A stretch of DNA of 58,731 nt from Candidatus Omnitrophota bacterium (lineage in GTDB: Bacteria; Omnitrophota; Gorgyraeia; 2-02-FULL-51-18): NCBI GenBank assembly GCA_023247915.1, contig JAHFFN010000005.1, positions 1 to 58,731 of the forward strand, given 5' to 3'. Positions within the stretch are counted from its first letter, which is position 1, and every line of letters begins with the position of its first letter. Shown here piece by piece: positions 10,852-20,600 of this stretch. The notes below the pieces were generated by a model. It saw nothing but the letters and a program-made list of their open reading frames with translations, was not told where the DNA came from and did no database searches. The translations under genes were made by a program, and so were the position numbers.

Positions 10852-13548
10852 ATGCCATTAGCGACTGAAAGCAAAACAAAAAATGAAGGAAATAAAACTT
10901 CAATGAAAAAATACGTTTACTTTTTCGGCAACGGCAAGGCCGAAGGCACGAAAGACCAACGGATTCTGTTGGGCGGCAAGGGCGCGAACCTCGCCGAAAT
11001 GACCAATCTTGGTATCCCGGTTCCTCCGGGTTTCACGATCACGACAGTGACTTGCAAAGAGTTTTACGCGCTGGGCGAAAAATGGCCGACTGGACTCGAA
11101 GAAGAAATCGCCGCCAATTTAAAGCAACTCGAAGAAGCAACAGGAAAGAAATTTGGCTCCAAAGACAATCCCTTGCTTGTTTCCGTTCGGTCGGGCGCGT
11201 CGGTTTCCCTGCCGGGCATGATGGACACGATTTTGAATCTTGGCATTAACGATGAAGCGGTGGCGGGCATGATCCGCAAATCCGGCAACGAACGCTTCGC
11301 GTGGGACGCGTATCGTCGTTTCATTCAAATGTTTGGCAATGTCGTTTTGGAAATGGAGCATCATGGTTTTGAACACATTCTCCAAGACAAAAAGAAAAAA
11401 CTGAAAGTCACAGAAGACACCAAGCTCACGGCGGCTGATCTTAAAGATCTTGTCGCGCAATACAAAGCTTATGTCAAAAAATTCACCAAGAAAGATTTTC
11501 CGCAGAATGCGCAAGACCAGCTCAAGCTCGCCTGCAACGCGGTGTTCAAATCTTGGAACAATGATCGCGCGATCACTTACCGCAACCTGAGCAAGATTCC
11601 TCATGATCTTGGCACCGGCGTGAACGTGCAGTCGATGGTGTTTGGCAATATGGGCGACACCAGCGGCACCGGCGTGGCGTTTACGCGTGACCCGGGCACC
11701 GGCGAACACAAGTTTTTCGGCGAATATTTGATGAACGCACAGGGCGAAGACGTGGTGGCCGGTATTCGTACTCCTAATCCGATCAGCTCACTCAAGTCGA
11801 CAATGCCGGATGCGTACTCGCAGTTGGAGACCATCTATCAGAAATTGGAAAAGCATTTCCGCGACATGCAGGATCTTGAGTTTACGATCGAAGATCGCAA
11901 ACTTTATCTTTTGCAAACGCGTAACGGCAAGCGCTCGGCCGCAGCCGCGGTGAAAATCGCCTGCGATATGGTGAAAGAAGGACTGATCACCAAAGACGAA
12001 GCGATTCTCCGTGTGGCGCCTGAACAGTTGGATCAATTGCTCCACCCGACCATTGATACCAAAGTCAAACACAAGATTTTGGCCAAAGGTCTCCCGGCTT
12101 CTCCAGGAGCGGCGGTGGGTCAGGTGGTATTCAATGCGGAAGACGCAATTGAATGGAGCGAAGAAAAAGGCCGTAAAGTGATTTTGGTTCGCCGCGAAAC
12201 ATCTCCCGAAGACGTGGGTGGGATGGACGCGGCGGAAGGTATTTTGACAGCCACCGGCGGTATGACCAGTCACGCGGCAGTGGTAGCTCGCGGTATGGGC
12301 AAATGCTGTATCGCAGGTTGTGGCGCGATTCATATCGATGGTAGCGGTAAATTTTTCACAGTCACTTCGCATGGCCAAACGGTCAAGGTTCGCGAAGGGG
12401 ATCTGTTGACGCTGAACGGTTCTACCGGTGAAGTGATTTTGGGCGAGACAAAGCTTGTGGAGCCCGAACTTGGTAGTGATTTCAAACAATTTATGAGCTG
12501 GGCTGACGCGGTGCGCAAACTCAAGATTCGCACCAACGCGGACACTCCGGCCGATGCGAAGATTGCCCGTGACTTCGGAGCCGAAGGGATCGGTCTCTGC
12601 CGCACCGAGCACATGTTTTTCGGCGAAAACCGTTTGAAATCTATGCGCGAAATGATTTTGGCGGAGAATGAAGCCGAGCGCATCAAGGCGCTCAAGAAGC
12701 TTGCGCCGCTCCAAAAGGGCGACTTTAAGGGCATCTTTAAGGCGATGGCCGGCTTGCCCGTGACTATCCGTCTCTTAGACCCTCCCTTGCACGAGTTCTT
12801 GCCCAAAGGCGAAAAAGAACTGAAAAAAGTGGCCAAGGATCTCAAGGTCTCCGTGAAAGAGCTTCACAAAAAAGTGGAATCGCTTCACGAGGTTAACCCG
12901 ATGCTCGGTCATCGTGGCTGTCGCTTGGCGATCACTTATCCTGAAATGTACAAGATGCAGGTCGAGGCGATTTTTGAAGCCGCTTGTGAATTGGCCAAAG
13001 AAGGACTCAAAGTGGTTCCCGAGGTTATGATTCCGTTGGTGGGTATCTTGGGTGAATTGACTTTCACCAAGAAAGACGCGATCGAAGTCGCGGAAGCCGT
13101 GATGGCACGCCGCAAAACCAAGATCGAATACTTGGTTGGCACCATGATCGAGATTCCTCGCGCGGCCTTAATCGCCGATGAAATCGCTCAAGAAGCGGCC
13201 TTTTTCAGCTTCGGAACGAATGACTTGACGCAGATGGCGTTCGGGTTTTCGCGCGACGACATCGGGAAGTTCTTGCCGTTCTACATTGAAAAGGGTCTGC
13301 TCAAAGTGGATCCGTTTGTGTCCTTGGATCAACATGGCGTGGGCAAATTGATCGAAATGGCCGTCTCCAAAGGACGCTCGGTGAAGCCGGATCTCAAAGT
13401 CGGTATTTGCGGCGAACATGGCGGCGATCCTTCATCGATCGAATTTTGCCACAAAGTTGGTTTGAATTATGTTAGCTGCTCTCCTTACCGCGTGCCTATC
13501 GCAAGACTCGCGGCAGCCCAAGCGGTTCTTAAGGAGAAGAAGAAGTAA
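10852..13548 (+). CDS. ppdK: pyruvate, phosphate dikinase
   Basis: LGGKGANLAEM, GGMTSHAAVVARG phospho-His, GIGLCRTEHMF, FSFGTNDLTQ, GICGEHGG; start could be 10903. Confidence 0.97.
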   Translation: MPLATESKTKNEGNKTSMKKYVYFFGNGKAEGTKDQRILLGGKGANLAEMTNLGIPVPPGFTITTVTCKEFYALGEKWPTGLEEEIAANLKQLEEATGKKFGSKDNPLLVSVRSGASVSLPGMMDTILNLGINDEAVAGMIRKSGNERFAWDAYRRFIQMFGNVVLEMEHHGFEHILQDKKKKLKVTEDTKLTAADLKDLVAQYKAYVKKFTKKDFPQNAQDQLKLACNAVFKSWNNDRAITYRNLSKIPHDLGTGVNVQSMVFGNMGDTSGTGVAFTRDPGTGEHKFFGEYLMNAQGEDVVAGIRTPNPISSLKSTMPDAYSQLETIYQKLEKHFRDMQDLEFTIEDRKLYLLQTRNGKRSAAAAVKIACDMVKEGLITKDEAILRVAPEQLDQLLHPTIDTKVKHKILAKGLPASPGAAVGQVVFNAEDAIEWSEEKGRKVILVRRETSPEDVGGMDAAEGILTATGGMTSHAAVVARGMGKCCIAGCGAIHIDGSGKFFTVTSHGQTVKVREGDLLTLNGSTGEVILGETKLVEPELGSDFKQFMSWADAVRKLKIRTNADTPADAKIARDFGAEGIGLCRTEHMFFGENRLKSMREMILAENEAERIKALKKLAPLQKGDFKGIFKAMAGLPVTIRLLDPPLHEFLPKGEKELKKVAKDLKVSVKELHKKVESLHEVNPMLGHRGCRLAITYPEMYKMQVEAIFEAACELAKEGLKVVPEVMIPLVGILGELTFTKKDAIEVAEAVMARRKTKIEYLVGTMIEIPRAALIADEIAQEAAFFSFGTNDLTQMAFGFSRDDIGKFLPFYIEKGLLKVDPFVSLDQHGVGKLIEMAVSKGRSVKPDLKVGICGEHGGDPSSIEFCHKVGLNYVSCSPYRVPIARLAAAQAVLKEKKK

Positions 13549-13587
13549 GCGGATAAGGTATTTCTTAAAAAAGGCGGATCTTAGAAG

Positions 13588-14400
13588 ATGGAAGCGTTGA
13601 AGCTCTACATCAAGGATATTAAAAATATTCCTCTTCTTAAGCCTGACGAAGAGCTTAAAACGGCTCGCAAAATCAAGCGCGGGGATCCTCAAGCGCGCCG
13701 CTTGATGATTCGTTCCAATCTTCGTCTGGTGATCAATATCGCCAAGCAGTACTCTAATTACGGCGTGCCTCTTTTGGATTTGATTGAAGAAGGCAATTTA
13801 GGTCTTATGAAAGCGGTAACCAAGTTTAATCCTAAACTGGGTTACCGCTTTTCAACTTACGCGGCCTGGTGGATCAAACAGCATGTGACGCGCGCGCTCG
13901 CCGATCAAGGCAAGACAGTGCGTATCCCGGTTTACATGGTTGAGACGCTCTCGCGCTTTCGCAAGGTCAATGAAAAGTTGATGCATCGTTATCGCCGCAA
14001 AGCCAAAGTGTCTGAATTGGCGCGCGCGATGAAGATGACGACCACCAAAATTAGGGAGCTAATGCTGATGGATCAGGGAACCACATCGCTGGATCAGCCG
14101 GTCGGCGATGAAGGCGATGCTTCCGTGATGGATATGATCGAGGATCCCAATACCAATTCTTCGCAAGACCATGTGAATGAAATGTTCCGCAGTGAACGTG
14201 TGGAATTATTGCTATCCAAAATGAATACCCGTGAGCGCGAAATCTTGGAACTTCGTTTTGGCTTGAAAGACGGGGAGACCTGCACGCTTAATGAAGCGGC
14301 CAAGAAATTTAGCATCACCCGCGAACGTGTGCGCCAGATTGAAGCCGCGGCACTCAAAAAACTCCGACTCCTTTCCAAGTCCCAAACCCGGGACGTTTAA
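13588..14400 (+). CDS. sigma70-family factor, RpoD/SigA-like, lacking region 1.1
   Basis: SNLRLVINIAK, DLIEEGNLGLMKAV, YRFSTYAAWWIKQ, TVRIPV, TRERVRQIE; only 270 aa. Confidence 0.9.
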   Translation: MEALKLYIKDIKNIPLLKPDEELKTARKIKRGDPQARRLMIRSNLRLVINIAKQYSNYGVPLLDLIEEGNLGLMKAVTKFNPKLGYRFSTYAAWWIKQHVTRALADQGKTVRIPVYMVETLSRFRKVNEKLMHRYRRKAKVSELARAMKMTTTKIRELMLMDQGTTSLDQPVGDEGDASVMDMIEDPNTNSSQDHVNEMFRSERVELLLSKMNTREREILELRFGLKDGETCTLNEAAKKFSITRERVRQIEAAALKKLRLLSKSQTRDV

Positions 14401-14410
14401 ACTCCTTTTT

Positions 14411-14483
14411 GCCCCGGTAGCTCAATTGGATAGAGCACAGGTTTCCTAAACCTGCCATGGCCGTTCGATTCGGCCCTGGGGCA
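14411..14483 (+). tRNA. tRNA-Arg(CCT)
   Basis: GCCCCGG/CTGGGGC acceptor stem, TAGCTCAATTGGATAGAGC D arm, CAGGT-TTCCTAA-ACCTG anticodon arm, GTTCGATTC T loop; CCA not encoded. Confidence 0.93.
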
Positions 14484-14662
14484 CGATTTTTTCAGCCCTA
14501 CTCATAAAAGCTTAATTTTAATCAAACTTTAATAAATCATTATCAAACTGTCTTCTTGTATTCTGGCGGGGGATTGTGTACACTTCGCGAAAGTTCATTT
14601 AATTTCTTTTTTTGGCGGGTTTTTGCAGGGGTTTAGAAAACTGTTAAGGAAGGGGTCGATAC

Positions 14663-17600
14663 TTGAGAAAAACGAACAAGTTTTTGAAGGTTGTTTCGTC
14701 GCTTTTGGTGTATACCTTTATCTGCGAACAGCTGGCGTTCGCCAATCCTGATCTTTCCGCGATTAAGCTCGATTTATTTGCCAAGCCTAAAGTTGATTTG
14801 GGTATCCCCGAATCCGTTGCCACCGTCGAAGATGCCTTTGTGGGAACGGGATCTCCCAAGACCATTTATCTTATTCAAGACGCCCACACCAACACCTCCG
14901 GGCAGTTCAATGTCGCCAAAACTCTCGACCTTCTTTTTCAAAAAAATAAACAATTAAAATACGTTTTTCTCGAAGCCGGTCAAGGCGACGAATCGCTTTC
15001 TTTCTTAAGACAATATGCCAGTCTCGAAAAAAGAAAGCAGGCCTCCGAAGCTTTCTTGAGACAGGGGAAACTTCAGGGCTCTGAATACTTTGACCTGATC
15101 TCCGACAAACATCTTGTCCTGTGGGGCGTCGAAAACCTCAAGCTTTACGCCCAATCCGTCGAAGCTTATAAGGAAGTCGCCAACAATCGCGAGAAGTTTG
15201 AAGACTACCTCAAAAAGATCGATGTCACCGTCGATACGCTAAAGCCTCGTATCCTGAATCCCGCGCTAATGGCTTTTGACGCCAAGTATCAAAAATTTGC
15301 CAAACAAGAAATTTCTCTGACGGATTATTTTGCGATATTAGACGAGCAAGCTACCCACTTGCAGATTTCATTAGAAAAATACCCGCATTTCCAAAAGCTT
15401 TCCAAGCTTAAAAAACTTGAAGAAGAGATCGATTTCCAAAAAGCCAATGAAGAACAGGTCAAGGCTATTCAATCGTTAGATGCCAAGACTCAAGCCGAAC
15501 TTCTCGAAGCCTCCAAGGATAATTCCGCGTTAAGGCTGAAAGGGGAAAACAAAGAAAATAGAGCTTTCCACGCGCTTCTTGAAGAGAGGTTGAAAGGACT
15601 CCAGGCGTCCTGCCCTGAATTAAATAAATATTTTAACTACCTGAAAGAAGCCAACAAGATCGAACCTCGGCAGATTCTCCAAGAACAGAAAGATCTTGAA
15701 AAAGAAATCCTGGGGGCGTTGATCGTTACCGCCGATGAAGAAAGCCTACTCAAAGCCTCACGGAATCTCGAAACCCTGAAAAAACTTTTAAAACTGACTC
15801 TTACTCCCGAAGAGTGGGACGAGTACCAGAAAAACAAAACCTCTTTTGATGTCACCCGGATGACGGGCTTCCTTAATAAGAAGATTATGGACTTTGAAAC
15901 TTATTATGAGCGCGCGCTTTTCCTAGAAGAGGGGTATGAACCGATAGTCCAAAAAGCCGAAGAATTTTACTCGCTCACGTATCAACGCGACCAAGAGTTC
16001 ATCCAAAATCTCCAAACCAAAATGGACACCGAAGGCCAAAAAGAAGCCGTCCTCATTACCGGCGGTTTTCATAGCCCCAACCTTAAGTCCCTTTTGAAAC
16101 AAAAAAATATCTCTTTCGTTAATCTGACACCTCAAGTTCTCCAAGAAACCAATCAGAAACGTTATGAGGAGATTTTGTTGGGTCAAGTTGAGAGCCTTGA
16201 GAAATCCTTTGTCTCTCAAAATAGAATGTCTCCTTCCCGCGGGATCGCGACCCACATGGATCCTATACGCGTGCCAGCAGAAAGGGCTGTATTTGCAGTT
16301 GGGTTAGGGATAAAGAGTGATTCTACCGTCTTAAAAATATTAGGAGATCGGCAACAAAGATTGGCAGCAGGCTTGCTTGGCTTCTCTGGTGCTCGATTGT
16401 CCTCAAGCTTGAGCGATTCGCTTGTTGAATTTGTAAAATTAAATGGTTTTGAAGCAGTGCTCAATGCGTTTCTCGAAACGATCCCTAGCACGCCGGAAAT
16501 GACATTCCCGACAGTGAGATTCCTGAAAGTGAGTAGCGCAGAAACACCAGGTAAAATAGACTTCAGTTACTCTCTTGGAGATCCTCTTTTTACTGAAGCC
16601 CTGAGAGGCAACAAGCCCTTTTCCTTTAACAAAGAATTTAATTTGAGAACAGCAGAAGGTTTGAAGAGATTTTTTAAAGAAATTAACCGCAAGCCTGACG
16701 ATTTTTATTCTTGGCTAATAGGGCATCGTTACGAAGGTGTGTTCGACACAGGATTTATAGCTGCACTGATTAATCAGGCTAAGTCCGAGGAAAAATTAAA
16801 TGTGCGTGCAGGCAAGGGAGTCGAAAAAAATTCCGTTCTATATTTTGATGGCAAAAAAAACCAAAAAAATCCTCGGTTTGATATCTCCGATCCTGATGAG
16901 TTGCTTCGGCTGATGATGGCAACCGGAGTGACTTTTGAGGATCTTGAGGTTCAGAGAGCCATTCACTACGACAGGAGTTCGGGAGAGCCGAATAATGCAG
17001 CTGAAGAAGGGTGGGATGATTGGAATTTTAGCTCTCCGAATTCTCCAGTCTACAGAGGTTCCCCTGAAGTGGCGGCTCCCCTTATCGGCGCCCGCCTGGG
17101 GGTGATTCAAGATGCCCAGGAAGATATCACAAGAGCGCTTGGTCGTCGTGTGCGCATAGCAGCGGCCAGTAACTTTATGGCATCGGCTGAGTTTGCAGTA
17201 GAGCATACGAGTGATTTTATTTTTAAGAGGAATCTTGTTGAATTAGTCAGGACGGCTAAAGATGCACGTCTAGAATTAGTAGTTTTGCCGCGAGACCTTA
17301 CACACAATGTTGATTATTATGCAAACCACGTTGAGGTGCCCGTTCAATATGTTGCTAATAAACGGGTAGCTGTCAAAAATATCGTATTTTATGCCGAAGA
17401 AGACACTGGCTCGAAAGTTATTAGCGTAGAAACGAAAGTGGGAAGTTTTGTTGTGCCTAACCGCGTTTCCACATGGGAAGACAATGGCACGCTTTTGGTC
17501 AATATCGGATCCTCAAAGTCTCCCAAAAAATTAGAAGAAATAGAAAAGGTTCTCATAAAGGTTTTATTAGTAGACACAAAAAGCTCAAGAAAAGACGGTG

Positions 17601-20600
17601 CTCGCCTGTCAAAAACTTCAGACCTAACAGAGCCTCTCGCTGTGTGGGGTCAATTAATGGGAAATCCGGAATTTACGAAAGAATATCAAATAGTTCAGGA
17701 GGGCGGAACTCTTGTCCTTAAAACCAAATCAGGTAAAACACTTTCGCAAAAAGGAATCGCTGATCTGGGAACCCACTCCGCATGGGAGGAGTTCTTAAAG
17801 CCCACGCTTGGCGCCCGACTGGCTGATAAGTTTGGACTCCAATGGCATGACCTTCAAGGAATGGGTGGGTTGACGCTAGTAATTCATTTACGAGTTATTG
17901 TTAGTAATCAGGGGGACTATCCAAAATTCATAGTTGATGAAGCTAGAAAATTGATTGACGATCTTCGTGGTACAGGGGGGACGGCTCCGAATTATCATAT
18001 TTATGTTGAGCGCGCCAGATACTTGATGGAGGCCGTCAGGCTTTTGCGTGTTTTAGAGGCTATTATCCCTACAGCTGATTCGGAAATGGCTGCGGAAATG
18101 GCTGCCGGTTTAAGAAATGAATCGGGCGATAATTTTGCAACTTACAAAATACGAGTGGTGCAGGCTCGAGATTGGATCGGCGCCCGGCTGGCGAGAGCTC
18201 CAAAAGCTCTGAAAGATCCAAAAGCTTCGCGTCGGAAATTTGTTGCGGCTCAGAGGGAGCTTCTTGTATGGGATACGGCGCAAACAGAAAGAGTTTTGAG
18301 TGTTTTAGAAAAAATCCAAAGATCGAGATCTAAAAAACCCTCGAAAGTGGATATAGACGTAGTAATTTTGGCTTTGGCGGGCGACGAATGGATGCCTTTG
18401 ACAATGCTCGATTATCTTCACAAAAATCGTATGGATTTGACGGGCATTACGGCAGACCAAAGAGCTCGCCTAATCACCGCTCTAAAAAACCTTTCCCCAG
18501 GAAAAGCGCGCAGAGAAGTTTTAGCGAAGCTCGTTCGCCCCAAGATAAAAGCCAAAACTCCCAAGAGATATATATTGGATCATGGTGATCGTTTGATTGC
18601 TGCCCGGCTGTCAGGAGCCGCTTCTAAGCTACGCATCGCACTGGCTGGGGAGGATTTTGATGGCTCTGGCGAGGCTAATTTTGATCGTGGATTGTGGCTA
18701 ACCAATACGGGGGCTCAAGATACCTTAAATGGAATCATTTACTCTAATGAAAATTTTGATCCAAAGAGAAATGTTGTCGGGCATCGAGCCAATCTTCAGG
18801 TGGTATTAAATGGCAGTTCGCTTATTTTAAAATGGAACAATCAGACGGAGTACAAAGAGCGATTAATACGCAATTTACCGACTATACGAGAAATCCTGAT
18901 CCGCGTTTCCAAAGAGAACCGCCTTGTATTTGAGGACCAGACTCAAGGCGCCCGCCTCGCGGACAAACAGCCAGCTTCTCAGCGTACAGCACCTCTACCG
19001 GCTCGTATAGAATTTCACGACAAACTCCCGCCTGACCTGACGATAGGGAAACAAGTTGAGATTAAGTTGGATTCAGAATTTGGCGACAAGTTTAATGATC
19101 TTTGGGTAAGAGCGACTGTCGAAGGTGTCGAAGGGGAGAAGGTTCTGTTTCGGATTGCTTCGGGGGATGATGTCGATGCAACCCTTCGAGGTGTCCCAGT
19201 AAAAATTTATAATGAACGGACATTATCCACAGTTCGTCCGCTCGACGTTTTGGTGACGGATGCCCGGTCGTCCGGAGAGCCAGAAAAATTAACATGGATC
19301 GCGGAGTGGGAAACGCTTGGAAATTGGGGAGGGGTGAAGCGAGAGCTTTCGGCTATTGAGGATAAAGTTCTCCAAACTCATCTTAGAGGTAAAATCAACC
19401 GCCTTGTCAATATTCTAATCAGAAATGATCTTTTCTATTTTGCGCATCTAGACACGGCCATCCCAGTAGTGATTCAAAGGATGCAAGCGGATTCTTTTCA
19501 TTCATGGGAGCCTCTCATACGAGCCATCACGGCCGCTGAGTCTGGCCAAGACCCTTATCATATATTGATTAATGGCGCCCGGCTGGCAAAACCTCGTACT
19601 GCGTCCCGCGCTGTGCGTAAAACCTCAGATCTGACAGAGCCTCTCGCTATGTGGAGCCAGTTAATGGCAAATCCGGAATTTACGAAAGAATATCAAATAG
19701 TCCAGGAGGGTGGAACCCTTGTCCTTAAAACCAAATCAGGCGAAACGCTTTCGCAAAAAGGAATCGCTGATCTTGGAACCAACTCTGCATGGGAGTTGTT
19801 CTTAAAACCCACGCTTGGCGTCCGGTCGGAGACAAGAAAATATAGACTGATTAAGCGAATAGAAAGCGTTTTGCGTCTCAAAAGAAATTCAAAAATCAAG
19901 GAGCCGTATAGCGCTTCTGAAATCGAAGAACTCATCAAAGCTTTAAGACCCCTGGATGGTGTTGATTGGCGCCCCTCGATATCCGCTGCCGATAAGCTTG
20001 GAGATGCCAAATCTTCCAAAGCCATTGAGCCTCTGATGAAGTGGCTTGAGGATGGACGTGTTTATGATTTTCAAAAAGCCGTCGCTGAAGCTCTTGGTAA
20101 AATTGGCTCTGCCAAAGCCGTCCCTGCTCTGATTAAAACCTTTAATTTGCGTGACGATAGACGACCCCAGAAGGCTTACATCGCGGCTCTTGGGGATATT
20201 GGATCTATTAAGGCCGCACCATTTTTAATCAGAGTTTTGAAAAGTGGCGAAACCGAAGTCATTCGTCAAGCAGCCAAAAAAGCTTTGCGTCAGATCCATG
20301 AAAATTTAAAAAGGCGTGGAGCCCGACTAGCACTAACAAGCGACGTGATTAAGGGGGCAGTGGCGGCATTTAAAGAGGTCGCATTGTCTTCTAGATATAA
20401 GGATAGAAAAGATAGGGATATTATTGAGCAGAATTTAAATCGAGTGTTGCGAGCCAATCTTAGCATTACTTCGCGCGTAGAAGTGTTGGGTCAGCTTAAT
20501 TCGGCTGTGAATTGCTATCGAAGCCTCTCCCAGAAGCCAGATGCGGGAGCCCTTAGGAGAATTGACGATATTATTAATCAAATTTCTCGGGCGCAAGAGG

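Noticed and set aside
11052-13419. Long antisense ORFs over ppdK (e.g. 11788..12714) and similar shadows over dnaE, glyS, ino1 and the porins
   Set aside because: These are shadow frames of well-conserved genes with no recognisable motifs.
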